Shown one piece after another: positions 1-11,300 of a stretch of 64,000 bases of DNA (within the stretch, counting starts at the first letter, position 1; each line of letters begins with the position of its first letter). Location: NCBI GenBank assembly GCA_027451445.1, contig DAIDJG010000067.1:414-64413 (forward strand). Direction: 5' to 3'. Both the position numbers and the translations under genes were made by a program. The notes beneath the pieces were generated by a model. The model was not told the DNA's origin. It made no database searches and was given only the letters and a program-made list of their open reading frames with translations. This stretch comes from Singulisphaera sp. GTDB lineage: Bacteria; Planctomycetota; Planctomycetia; Isosphaerales; Isosphaeraceae.

Positions 1-570
1 GCCGATGGGCTCGCGGCAACGCTCCAGCACCTCGGAGATCTCCCGGCAGCTCTCCAGCAAGCCGACGCGGCGCGGACCCTGTTTGAGCGGGCGAGCGGCG
101 CCGAGCCCGGTAGTGCGCACTGGCGCTCTGGCCTCGCGGTGGTCTGGTCGCGGATCGGCAAAGTGCGCTGGGACCTGGGCCAGGCCGATCTTGCCCTGGA
201 CGCCTTTCGGGAATCCACACGGATCCGGCGACAGCTCTTCGAGGCCGATTCTTCGAGTACTGACCATCGCTACGAGCTCGACCGCTCTTATGGGCGGCTG
301 GTGCACTGGAGCACGCTGAAAGGCGACTGGGACGGGACCGCCGCCGCCTTAGGGGATCGGGAAAAGCTTTGGCCCGACGATTCCGACAGGTTGATGGCTG
401 TCTCGCGCGAGTTCAAGGAACTGGCCGAGGAAATGGCGCGGGGCCGAAAGGACTTGTCCGCCGAAGAGCAATCCGCCCAGCAGCGCTACCTGGCTGAAAG
501 CGAGCGCACCCGGCAGAGCGCTGAAGCCGTCGCGCGCCGCCAGAAGCTCCGCTTGGGAGCGGACCGTTGA
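1..570 (+). CDS. C-terminal part of a hypothetical helical (TPR-like) protein; the 5' end lies outside the window
   Basis: Frame 1 is open from base 1 to the stop at 568-570. The listed ORF 139..570 is only its GTG-internal part. The sequence is helical and charged ('LGQADLALDAFRESTRIRRQLF'). Confidence 0.45.
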   Translation, partial: ADGLAATLQHLGDLPAALQQADAARTLFERASGAEPGSAHWRSGLAVVWSRIGKVRWDLGQADLALDAFRESTRIRRQLFEADSSSTDHRYELDRSYGRLVHWSTLKGDWDGTAAALGDREKLWPDDSDRLMAVSREFKELAEEMARGRKDLSAEEQSAQQRYLAESERTRQSAEAVARRQKLRLGADR

Positions 571-815
571 GGCTGCCATAAAGGACGTCGAGACAGCGCT
601 CGGCCAAAGACGAGGATCCGGGAGTACTGGCTGCGCATGAGATCTGGGCGGTCTATGCGGATTGCATTACTCTGATTTCTCATATGATTTTATCAATCAA
701 TCAAAGCAAGTTTGCCAAATCCTTCAGGAATAGGCCGGGAATAACTTCCTGATTCCGCCACCGGCAAGGCTCGCCGCTTGGATTCTGGCAGATGTACGAT
801 TTTTCCATCTCTTTG

Positions 816-1034
816 CCCCGGATGGGGCAATTGACAGTAGCCCAGCGTTTTAACGCTGGGTACGACCGATACCCGTCTCCCCCCTTATTTTCGCCCCAGC
901 GGGGCGGCTGGAATTGCCATCCAGCCAACGCCAAGGGCGCAGCGGAACCGTCCCTCCGGGACTTATGAGAATTTCATGGTTTCGTCAATCCCAGCGTTAA
1001 AACGCTGGGCTACTGTCAAATGCCCCATCCGGGG
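816..1034. repeat. About 220-bp element bounded by 45-bp terminal inverted repeats (MITE-like or long palindromic repeat)
   Basis: Bases 816-860 ('ccccggatggggcaattgacagtagcccagcgttttaacgctggg') are the reverse complement of 990-1034 with 1 mismatch. Each arm carries an internal palindrome, cccagcgtt..aacgctggg. No credible ORF lies inside. Confidence 0.8.
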
Positions 1035-1313
1035 CAAGGAATGAGACCGTTAGCATGCCGGGTGCACGTCTCGCCGAGTCGAAATCGGGAACTTGTTGCC
1101 AACCTGTTCCTTAGAATATTGCATATATCAGGAGTGGCCGGCATTCCCCGCATCGAGGCCTCGAAACACCATAATTCGGCCCGTTCCCCACCAAAGGCCC
1201 CGAGACGGCTTCCGACCGCCGCTCTCGGCAACGTGCTGGTCAGCGCGTACGCTCTGAATTAAATTGAATGACGAAGCACGACAGCAGCGGAAGCACCTGG
1301 GAGGTCGCAGTCC

Positions 1314-2153
1314 ATGAACAGCCCGTTCCCCGGCATGGACCCTTATCTGGAGCGACATTGGGGTGATGTCCATCAGTCTGCGATCACGTGCATCCGCGAT
1401 TGGCTCCAGCCCCGCTTGCCCGGCGATCTCCGAGCGCGGACGCAAGAACGCGTCTTCATCGACGCGCCCGACCCGACGCGAGCCGAGTATGATCCCGATG
1501 TTCGCGTCATCGAACGTCCCGTGACTTCGCGCGTCGCGGGCTCAGGCGCCGTTACGGTCGAGTCGCCAACGGGCACGGAAACCGCGACGGTAATGGGAAA
1601 CGGCGATCGCCCGCCGGCCCAGCCACTCTTGATCCATCTCGACATCGAGCCGGTCACCGAAGGTTACGTCGAGATCATTGACGTCAAGTCGGGACACCGC
1701 GTGGTGACGACCATCGAGCTGCTCAGCGCCGCCAACAAGCGTCCCGGTCAGGGACGGCGTCTGTACTTGAAGAAACGGCAGGATCAGCAGGCGGCCGGCG
1801 TCAACCTGGTCGAGATCGACCTTTTGCGGCGGGGGAAGTCTGTCGTCATGGTCGGAAAAGCGCAGCTTCCACCGTCCGATCGAACCGCCTATCAGGTTTG
1901 TGTCTGGCGGGGATCGCGCCCGCACCTGGTCGAGCTCTATCGTGTCCCGCTTCGAGAACGGCTGCCTGTGATCTCGATTCCGCTGCGGCCGGCCGATCCG
2001 GATGTGCCGCTCGACTTGCAGACAATCCTGGACCAATGCTACCGCAACGGCGGCTATGATGACATCGACTACAAAGCCGAGCCAATTCCCGCACTCAAGA
2101 CCGACAACGCGAAATGGGCTGACGCACTCTTACGTGAACTCGGCCGGCGCTAG
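1314..2153 (+). CDS. DUF4058 family protein (PD-(D/E)xK-like)
   Basis: The ATG follows a 'gggagg' RBS. The N-terminus 'MNSPFPGMDPYLE' is the family hallmark. Core motif 'VEIIDVKSGHRVVTTIELLSAANK'. It is a paralog of 17523..18368. Confidence 0.85.
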   Translation: MNSPFPGMDPYLERHWGDVHQSAITCIRDWLQPRLPGDLRARTQERVFIDAPDPTRAEYDPDVRVIERPVTSRVAGSGAVTVESPTGTETATVMGNGDRPPAQPLLIHLDIEPVTEGYVEIIDVKSGHRVVTTIELLSAANKRPGQGRRLYLKKRQDQQAAGVNLVEIDLLRRGKSVVMVGKAQLPPSDRTAYQVCVWRGSRPHLVELYRVPLRERLPVISIPLRPADPDVPLDLQTILDQCYRNGGYDDIDYKAEPIPALKTDNAKWADALLRELGRR

Positions 2154-2224
2154 TGCCTTGGCGGCGGAAGTGGACGAGAGAGCCGTGGCGGTTTGGGGCG
2201 AGAACGATTGACGGAGCATTCCCA

Positions 2225-2662
2225 ATGGTTCATGAGAGATCATCCCGCAACGATCCTTGTCCCTGCGGCAGCGGCAAGAAGTACAAGCATTGCTGCTACA
2301 ACAAAAGAGCGGCAGGCGACCCGGGCCAGGAGTCTGGCCGCCAACCGCCCAAGTACCCCATGGGCACGGTCGCGCTGTATGGCCCCAACGACAAGTCGAC
2401 GACCAAGATCGCCGCCGGCGTCATGCTGCATGGCAGTGCCGAGATGATCATCAAGCGCTGGGTGGCTACGGATATCATGACCAACCCCAAGATCCAGCGC
2501 GAGCTCAACGACTTCTTCCAGGAGCACGGGGTCAAGTCCGTGATCATGAGCGAGGGGAACATGGGATGCCCACACGAGGAGGGCCAGGATTTTACCGTGG
2601 GCGAAGACTGCCCGTTCTGCCCCTTCTGGAAAGGGAAGCAGGGTAGTAACCAAAAGCGCTGA
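2225..2662 (+). CDS. SEC-C motif (SecA C-terminal zinc-binding) domain protein
   Basis: Internal ATG at 2225 gives 'MVHERSSRNDPCPCGSGKKYKHCC'. A second Cys cluster, 'CPHEEG..CPFCPFW', lies at the C-terminus. Confidence 0.8.
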   Translation: MVHERSSRNDPCPCGSGKKYKHCCYNKRAAGDPGQESGRQPPKYPMGTVALYGPNDKSTTKIAAGVMLHGSAEMIIKRWVATDIMTNPKIQRELNDFFQEHGVKSVIMSEGNMGCPHEEGQDFTVGEDCPFCPFWKGKQGSNQKR

Positions 2663-2734
2663 TCGGCACCGAGCACCGCGACTTGAGGACCACCGCGCGT
2701 CTCGGCGGATCTTCGTGACGTCCTTGGTTGACGA

Positions 2735-3703
2735 TCAGCCGATGGGAATCTGGTGGTGCTGCTTGTTGTCTTTCATCCTGCGATGGATCGCGAGCCCCAG
2801 CAACACCACCAGGTCGGTCCCGATGATGACGCCGATGACGGCGAGCAGCAGGGCGATGGGATTTTCTTCGATCGCTCTTCCGACCGCCTCCTGAATCGCC
2901 TCGCCCATTCCCTCCGTGTTTTCCGGCGGCGCGATCGGGACGGTTGGAACTCGAACGCTCTTCTCTCGAGATGCCTGCGCGACAGGCTTCGGGGCGAGGC
3001 TATAGACTCCGAACGACGCCACATACTTCTGGTTCAGAGTGCCATGGATGCCGACGAGCGGTCGTCCACCACCGCCGAGCGTGGTCGCGGTCCCGCCCCG
3101 ACGGTCGCCGACCCAATCGCTTTTCAGGGCCGTGGAAAGGTCGAGCGTTCCCTTATCGGTGATCTTCAGGTACGTCAGTCCGAGCCCATGAATGACCTGC
3201 CCCACGCGGATGGTGACCGACCCGACCGCATAGCCGGCCGGGGCCTGGAGCCTGATCGTGCGCTTGACCTTGGTCTCAGATACCTGGCCGCCCGGCAAGA
3301 GCTGGTCGGTAAAGGCCCCGTAAGCGCGCGACTGGATCAGTCCGTGATCCGTGAGGTAGAGGGCACAAAGCGCGTACACGACTTCGACGCCCCTTAACGG
3401 ACCCAGTCCCACGTCAAACCCGACCAGCACGCGCCCCTCGTTCGTTCCCTCGTCGAACGACTGCATTTGGCCCGCTAGCCCCGTCCCCGCGCTCTTCTCG
3501 AGCCGGCCCTCCGCAATCGCGGTCCGCACGCTATGAAAGACAGTCGGCTGCGAGGCGGGCGCGGCAGCCACCGGCGCAGGGCGCGCCGCGGCTGGCTTTT
3601 CTCTTGCCGACGCCCAGGGCCCAACAGCCAGGCATACGACAAGACCAAGCGCAACGCACACCGCGATCGTCGAGACTCGCCGCAACGACTCGACCTTATT
3701 CAT
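2735..3703 (-). CDS. Hypothetical exported or membrane-anchored protein (N-terminal signal, C-terminal TM helix; possible jacalin-like beta repeats)
   Basis: The ATG at 3703 gives 'MNKVESLRRVSTIAVCVALGLVVCLAVGPWASA'. The C-terminal hydrophobic segment 'IALLLAVIGVIIGTDLVVLLGLAI' is followed by basic residues. The 203 codons upstream in the listed ORF look non-coding. Confidence 0.6.
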   Translation of the reverse strand: MNKVESLRRVSTIAVCVALGLVVCLAVGPWASAREKPAAARPAPVAAAPASQPTVFHSVRTAIAEGRLEKSAGTGLAGQMQSFDEGTNEGRVLVGFDVGLGPLRGVEVVYALCALYLTDHGLIQSRAYGAFTDQLLPGGQVSETKVKRTIRLQAPAGYAVGSVTIRVGQVIHGLGLTYLKITDKGTLDLSTALKSDWVGDRRGGTATTLGGGGRPLVGIHGTLNQKYVASFGVYSLAPKPVAQASREKSVRVPTVPIAPPENTEGMGEAIQEAVGRAIEENPIALLLAVIGVIIGTDLVVLLGLAIHRRMKDNKQHHQIPIG

Positions 3704-4268
3704 CCCCAATTCCCTGGTTTCTCGAACCCGGATTAATTCTGTTGAATGCTTGGAGGCGGATTCAGTGCAGTTCTGAATCGCCACGAGGGGACCGCCGGCG
3801 CAAGCATAGGACATATTCGCACGCTCGAAGGAAAAAATGCGTTCCTCACACGCGCCAAGTGCGAAAAATGACGGGATCGGGGCGCGAACTGGCGAGAAAT
3901 GTTGACAATCGCGAACGGTCCACGAGGCCGACGATCCAAGGTTACGTCGTGCCACGCCATCGCGCAAACGTGACTCAATGTCGCTGGAAGCGAGCTGGTG
4001 GACGTCCGCCGAGCGACTGGTAGAGCGAGGCTGGCAAATACTGGCCAAGCACCGATTTCGGATCGTTTTCGGAGACCGCGTCACTCCATGGCCGCTTGCA
4101 TTCGACGAATTACGGCTATCGAGTTCGCCTAATCTCTTTAAACAGCGTTCATTCCGTGCACGTCCAGTATTTCCTCTTCGCCGGTATTCCCTCTTTCCGC
4201 CAGACAAGACGACGGGCCAAACGCGGATGGATCCGCTTCGTACGGCCGGCTGCGTGCTCTTACCAGCC

Positions 4269-5030
4269 TCAACGAGCGGCCGCCGCCGACTGAGAAGAGA
4301 GCCAGTCGTCAAAGCGAGTCGGGCCGAGGCGTGGGTGATTGCCCGGCGTGAGGCTTTGATCGTTTACCGCAATGCCGTAGTAAAGCGCCTTGGGATCGGT
4401 GATGACCGTCCGCTCGTCGCCGGTTGCGGTCAGAAACCGCCGCAGGAGGTCGTCTTGACGGATCGGTTCGGGACCGGCCAGCTCGACCATGCCGTTCAAC
4501 GGCTCAGCGAGGGCCACATCGGCCACGGCGGCGGCGACGTCATCCGACGCGATGGGCTGCATCAGAACCGGTGGAACCCGAACCGTCTGTCCCTCGGTCG
4601 CCAACTGGGCAATGCCGCCCACGAACTCGAAAAACTGGGTGGCACGCACGATCGTGTAGGGAATCGGAGACGTTTTGATGAGATCCTCCTGCGCCAACTT
4701 CGCACGGAAGTAACCGCTCGTGAGCAGGCGCTCGGTGCCGACAACCGACAACGCGACGTGATGACCGACGCCCGCGGCGGTTTCCGCGGCCAGGAGGTTG
4801 CGACCCGATGCCTCGAAAAACGCCAGAACGGCGTTGTCCTCCCAGGATGGCGCATTCGAGACATCGACGACCACCCGTGCGCCGGCGAGCGCGTGCGATA
4901 GTCCCTCGCCGGTAACGGCATTGACGCCCGATGACGGAGATGCCGCCGCCACTTCGTGGCCGCGCTGACGAAGGTTCATCACGACCTTTTTTCCGATGAG
5001 CCCGCTGCCGCCGATCACGACGATTTTCAT
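4269..5030 (-). CDS. NAD(P)-binding NmrA-like / atypical SDR oxidoreductase
   Basis: 'MKIVVIGGSGLIGKKVV' is a Rossmann GxxGxxG motif. A strong 'ggagg' RBS lies upstream of the ATG at 5030. Confidence 0.9.
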   Translation of the reverse strand: MKIVVIGGSGLIGKKVVMNLRQRGHEVAAASPSSGVNAVTGEGLSHALAGARVVVDVSNAPSWEDNAVLAFFEASGRNLLAAETAAGVGHHVALSVVGTERLLTSGYFRAKLAQEDLIKTSPIPYTIVRATQFFEFVGGIAQLATEGQTVRVPPVLMQPIASDDVAAAVADVALAEPLNGMVELAGPEPIRQDDLLRRFLTATGDERTVITDPKALYYGIAVNDQSLTPGNHPRLGPTRFDDWLSSQSAAAAR

Positions 5031-5321
5031 CGCTATCCTCCCCCCTGCACCCTCCGCCGCCGCACGACCACGCTCACCTGTCGGGACCGAGGGAGCGAGC
5101 GAGTGCCACGGAATGAAAGCATGTAGACTCGGTCAGGTCAAGCGCTGAGTTTGGGGGGTATGGTATGTCAGCCCTTCGCATTGACGCTGACCACGGCCTC
5201 GACCTTGATCATAATCTCATACCCCGGCCCGCGCCGGCAAGGCGCAGACGCTCCCCCGTGAATCCTGCCGCTTCCCCGACAGAGGCAGAGTAGCCCTTCC
5301 CACAGGAAGGTGTCGGACGGG

Positions 5322-8300
5322 TCAATGAACGATACGCCCCTTACCTGTGTTGCCGTTGCCCCTTGAGAACTGCCGGGCCACCGCCGCCGTGCGCCACGAG
5401 GAGGTCGGGGCAGTGAAGGCACCAACGGTCACAAGGCCATGGCCCGCGGCGTCACGCACACTGACGATTCGACTCTGGATCTGGTATGGCGAGACAAGGC
5501 GAACGCCGTTAACCGTGAAAACGTCGCCCAGCGCGGGAACCGGGTTGCGTCCCGTGTTTTGGATGAACACGCCGGTTGTATGAACGTTGAAGGTGTTATT
5601 GCCAGGGTCAAGGCCCCCCGCGGCCGTCGTACCCAGGTCCACGGTGCCTCCAACAATCGACACCGCCGGCTGATTGCCTTTGGTCGTTTCCTCCACTCGG
5701 TCTCCGCGCAGTGTAAGGCGGCCCCCGGCAACCAGGACCGTGGGTGCCTGCGTCGCGTTGCGAAGGGTGACGTCATTCACGAACACCGTGCCGGACAGGA
5801 CCGTCAGCGCCGGGGAGTTCCCTACGAAGGTCGTCGACCCCGAAGTGCCATTGATGACGACGGTGACGTTGGCGGGCGGGCTGATGGTGATGCCCGAGTA
5901 GGTCCCACTGCCCACGTTCACGATCACCATCTCGGGCACGGAGGAAGGCGTCAGGCGGTTCACGGCCGCAACGACCGAATGGACGTCCGTGTTGGTCGTG
6001 GCCGTGAGCGTCACGATCGAGGACAGGTCCAGAGCCGACTGAAGCATGCCCGCGGTGATGGGCACAACGCTCAGTTGCACAATGCTCGTGTAAGAAACGT
6101 AAACCGAAGACGCCGGCATGATGAACGAGGCCTGATAACTGGTCCCGCTTTGCGAGGCGTCGGCCACGAACGAAAGGACCGGAGAGTCGGCGCCTGGAAT
6201 GGCGCTGACATGGCCGTCCGGGCCGATGCGATACCATTGCACGTGGGTGTATGGCAGGTCATAGGCCGACGCCGACAGGGTCACGCGGCCGCCGATGGGC
6301 GCGGTGACCACCAGGGGAAACGCGGCGCCCTGCTCGGTCCTCGGTTCGAGGGCGACAGCGGAGCCCACCGCGCTTCCGAAATCATGCCCGGTGAGGGGCT
6401 GGCCGCCGATCATCACAACGACATGCCCGTTCACGGGAGACGTCTCCGTCCAGCCGGAGGGGAGCACCTCGCGGATCACATGGGTTCCCTGGGAGACGTG
6501 CTGGAGTGTGTATCTGCCCTGCGAATCGGTTTGCACCGATTGCCGGAGGGATGGCTCGGAAAAACGAAGCTCCCAGCTCCGGAGCGTTGCCGCGGGTGCG
6601 CCGTCGCTGGGCCGATTGACGCTCAGGGTCCAGACGCCGTTGGCATTCTGACCGTTGAAGATCGGCAGGTTGGCGAACACGACCGGAAGTCCGCTCGACT
6701 CGAGATCGCCAAGCCGTCCCTGGTCCACCAGTACCCTCATGCCGGTGGGATTCGTCAAGTAGATGCTCGTAGTCACGTCAGGAGATCCGTCGATGACGAG
6801 CACGATGCTCACGTCCGAGATCCCTGAGACGGCCCCCATGACATTGACGGTCGAGGTCGCCGTCGAGTTCGCGATCAGAGTCTGGGATGTCTGGTTGTCC
6901 TCGACGACCGGAGTGGTGGCACCGGTGTCAAGATAAACGGTTCGGCCCGCGAGGCCGGGCTCTCCTGATTCTTGAATCCCGTCCCCATTCAGGTCGTTGA
7001 ACACGGTGCCGCTGATCGAGCTGAACTGGCTGCTGACTGTCAGCAGAGCGGCGCGCGTGGTGGCCGTTCCGCCGGGGTTGCTGAAGACTGCGCGATACAG
7101 GTTTCCGTCTTGCTCGTCGGCGGGAGCGAGTGTCAGCGTCGTGGACGTCGCGCCTGAGAGGTCGCTGAACGTTGCGCCGCCGTTGCGACTGACCTGCCAC
7201 TGCACGGTGGGGGGCGGAGAGCCGTTTGCAGCCGCCGTGAAGCTGACCTGAGATCTGCCGTCAACGGTCTGGTCCGATGGGTCGACGGTTACGGTGGGAG
7301 GGAGAAGGGAAATCACCGCGAAGTTAGCGGTCACCGTCGAGTTCTCGTTAAGGACCTGGATCATCTGCGTAGCGCCGGTTCCGAGCCAGTCTGAAGTCGT
7401 GTGGAGCCCGAGCGGATAAGTGCCCGGGTCAAAGCTCGGGATAGCGGAACTACCACCAGAGATGGGCAGTGAAAAGCCGCCATCGACCGGGAGTGCGTAG
7501 TTCCCCTGCGCGTCGGTTCGGGTAGTCGGCTCCGTAACACCGAAACCGATTTGCATAAACACAAGCGAATCACCGTAGGGGAAGAGGTCTCCGGGACCCT
7601 TGTAGGGACCGTCGGAGAACCCGAGCTGCCAGGTGCCGTCGATATCCTCTCTGACACCGGCCTCCGACCAGTTCATGGCCAACTCATAGGCGTGCTCGCC
7701 CAACGGAGGTTTGTCGGGGGGATTGGTAACCAGTACCGGATCCGTAGGGAGGTCGAAATGGCGTCCCGACGGACTGATGAGCGTGAACCTCAGTAGGCTG
7801 GGGTCGTGGGCCCAAATGGTCACGGACACGACCCCGCCCCAGACGGAGCCCGTGGCCCCACTGATAACCACCAGATTGTAAGTAAGACCGGCAGAGGTGA
7901 TCGGCAGAAAGAGATTGTCATTGTACGGCGCGTCCGGCTGCGTCGGGCTCCAGTAGAAGTCGGGCACGATGAGGGAGGCATCGCCCGGAACTCCGGTGCC
8001 GCTATAATCCACGAACACGGTCTGACCGGCCACTCCTGGCTCGCTCGGCTCTTGCTGCCCGTCGCCATTGCGGTCGTTGAACACGCTACCGCTGATCGTG
8101 GAGTCGTGGGCATTCCCGAACGCGTTGATCGCCTCCTGTCCGGACGGGAACACGTTTCTCGAAATCGCCGCTGTCGGAGTCCACCCAATCTGGGCGACCT
8201 CATTGAGCACGTACGACGCCGCCTCGAGCCCGACGAATGAGAAGCGGCCGTCGGCGCCGGTTGTCGCGACAGGATCGCCCACGGTGAGACTCATGGACCA

Positions 8301-11300
8301 GTCGTTGAGCGTGCTGATTTGGTCCTCACCGCCGTTGCGCACCTCAAGGTGCCAGTCGCCGTTAGGATCGAGACCGTTGAAATCGGCGAGCGAGCCCTGT
8401 GGCTGAAAGCGACCGGTGAAGGTGCCTTGACCGGCCGTGATGGGCGTATCGGCCCGGTCGTCGAGCGTCGTGCCCTGGAAGTTGTCGTTGAAGCCGGCAA
8501 CAGAGTCGAGCAACAGCACTCGTGTGCCACTCGGCGCGACGAGATACATCGTCACGCCGGCGGCATGGGTGAGATCGACGGTGACCGTGACATCCGTCAC
8601 GACGCCCATCGCACCGGCCACTGTCGATGTGGAGGACACGCTGCTCAAGGAAGGGATCTGGTGGGGAACATCCGTTGAAGAGATGGGCAAAACCGCCGAC
8701 TGGGGCTGGCTGTTGTGGTCTTGGCTGAGGTACACAGTCCAGCCGGACAGAGGCGACTCGCCTGGGTCGATGACGCCGTTCGCGTTCTTGTCGTCGAACA
8801 CCACGCCGCTGACGGAGTAAGTGAGTGTCAACGTGGCCGCACTGGTCGTGGTCGTGCCACAGTCGTTGGTGAAGACGGCTCGGTACTCGTTGCCGTCCTC
8901 GTAGACCGTCGGCAGGAACGACAGAGTCGCCGAGGTGGCGCCGGGGATGTCCCGGAACGTCTTGCCGCCGTCGCGACTCACCTCCCACTGAACCGTGGCC
9001 GGGTCGCCGGATGCGGCCACGGTAAAATTGGCCGTGCCCTCGTTGCCTGCGGGGCTGGAGCCCGCACCAGCGCTGAGTGCGGAGAGCCACGCGGGGGCAC
9101 CAAGCTGGAACGGCGTGGTGGCATCCGAGGGGCCTGCACTCAGTTCGTTGCGCTGGAAGAGGGTGCCGGATCCTGGGTCGAACACGCCGATGCCGGCATG
9201 TCCCAGGCCGTTCCAATCGCCCGTCACCGGGACCCACCCTGCGGTGCCGAACGCGAACGGGCTAGCCGCGTCGGGGGGTCCTCCGTTGAGCTGCGTGCGG
9301 AGATAGAAGATCCCCGTGGTGGGATCGAATGCACCGATGCTCGTGTGACCTGTGCCGGTCCAGTCGCCGGTCAGCGGTATCCAACCGGGAGCACCAAACT
9401 GAAACGGCTTCGCCACATCCGGGGGGCCGGCGCTGAGCTCGTTGCGAAGGTAGAACGTAGCGGTGCTTGGGTCGTACGCACCGATGCCGGTATGGCCCGT
9501 GCCGGTCCAGTCGCCGGTCAGCGGTATCCAACCGGGAGCACCAAACTGGAAGGGCTTCGCCACATCCGCGGGGCCGGCGCTGAGCTCGTTGCGAAGGTAG
9601 AACGTGGCGGTGCTCGGGTCGTACGCGCCGATACCGAGATGGCCGGTGCCGGTCCAGTCGCCGGTCAGGGGAATCAACCCCGGCTCGTCACGCAAATAAA
9701 ATGTCGCGGACACGGGGTCAAAGATGCCAAGCCGGTCCAGCCCGTTGACCGCGACGGTCTGGTTCGATGGGTTGATGGTCACGATCGGGTCGGTCTTCAC
9801 CGTGAGCTGTGCAGGAGAAGTCGTCGCGGCGCCGGCGGCGTTGGTGAAGACGGCCTGATAGAGATCGCTGTTTTGCGACGGATCGGCTGCGAAGGTCAAC
9901 GCGCTCGACGTCGCGCCCGGGATGTCAGAGAAGGAAGCGCCACCGTCCGTGCTCACCTGCCATTGAACCGTGGGAGTTGGGGTGCCCGCAGCCGCCGCTG
10001 TGAACGTTACGGAATCCCCCGCGCACGCGGTCGCGTCGGTCGGGGAGGTGTTCACGCTGGGCGGGACCTGGCTCATGACCGCGGTGACGTTTCCGGAAAA
10101 CTCGGAAGTATTCCCGGCGGGGTCGGTCGACGTCGAGGAGATCACCCACTGGCCGGACGGCAGGGAAACCGGCAGATCGGTCGAGAAGCTCGTGTTTCCC
10201 GTGCCGTCGGTCGTCAGGCTGGCGAAGCCGAGGTAAGTCTGACCTTGCCCGTGTCCCGTCGGATCGCCCACGGCGTTAGCGAAGAATTCGACGCGGAAGG
10301 TGGTTGAAGGCGTGCTGTTGAGCGTGCCTGCGATCGTGACGTCCGAGATACCTGCGGCGGCCGAAGTCAGCACCGGCGTATTCTGCAGGTCATTGGGACC
10401 CGAATGCGGTCCGCCGGGACTGTTGGGGGTCACACCGTCACCGATCGTCGCGCCTGTGGCGTTCAGATCAATGCCCAGGAGTTGGTTGGCGAAGATCGCG
10501 TTACCGAGGATCGCGTTGCCGGGGCCGCTCAAGAAGACATGGACGCCGTTGCCGATCGCCGTCCCAATGCCCGAGGCCGCGGCGCTACTGCCGTTGAAGG
10601 CGATGACGTTTCCGACCCCTGGAGTGGTCCCGCCAATCTGGTTATCCGACGTCTGCGAATCAAGAAATACACCGTCGGAGCGGTTGCCGAGCGGTTTCGT
10701 ACCCGTAATGTCGGTACCGATCAGGTTGCCCTGGACCAGGCTCGAGGCCGTGGAATTGCCGAGGTACACGCCCTTGCCGTGGTTCCCGGAGATGAGGTTG
10801 CCCGCGTGGGTTGCGGATCCGTCCGAGTTCACTCCGCCGATCGTCTCAGGCGATGCGACGTTGACGATGGCGACCCCTCCCTGCGCATTGCCCAGAGCGA
10901 CGACACCAGCCGCGTCGGTACCGATCAGGTTGCCCTGAATCACGTCGCCGCCGTCCTCGACCGCGAGATTGACCCCCCAACCACCGTTTGCCGAGATGAT
11001 GTTGCGCATGCCGGGGGTCACCCCGCCGATGGTCACTCCGGTCAACCCGGTCCCCCCGCGGTAGGCGTCCTTGTCCAGGACGCCGTCGCCGTGGTTCCCG
11101 AGGGCCGCCGTACCAGCAACGTTGGTCCCAATGAGATTCCCGGCGATCTGAGCCCCCGCAACGGCTCCCGTGAGGGAGATCCCGGCCGCTCCGTTGGCCG
11201 CGATCACATTACCATCGCCGGCGGCCGCTCCACCGATGGTCGTGTTCAGACTTCCTGCGTAGCCCCCGCTTACGGCGATGCCATAGATCCCGTTTCCGAG

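Noticed and set aside
701-1262. Small ORFs 701..934 (-), 1016..1231 (-) and 1020..1262 (+).
   Set aside because: They are translations of the inverted-repeat element and its flanks and have no coding signature.
3704-4312. N-terminal extensions of listed ORFs: 2735..4312, 26170..26313, 56690..57043, 60532..60996, 62197..62430, 34506..34628 and 50493..50591.
   Set aside because: The extensions lack coding character. Internal starts give proper signal peptides, family-typical N-termini or RBS-like sequences. Some extensions run through repeats or terminator hairpins.
5031-5321. Search for sigma54 -24/-12 promoters (TGGCAC-N5-TTGC) near the sigma54 activator and in other intergenic regions, for example 'tggcactcgctcgct' on the minus strand at about 5100 and 'ttggcacaggagaacgg' at 62375.
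   Set aside because: The GG element is present in these cases, but the -12 TTGC/GC element at the correct spacing is missing. No convincing site was found by eye.
9085-9740. Regular repeats in the giant genes, considered as possible CRISPR arrays.
   Set aside because: The repeats are contiguous, in frame and translate to protein repeat units. There are no unique spacers and no cas genes.
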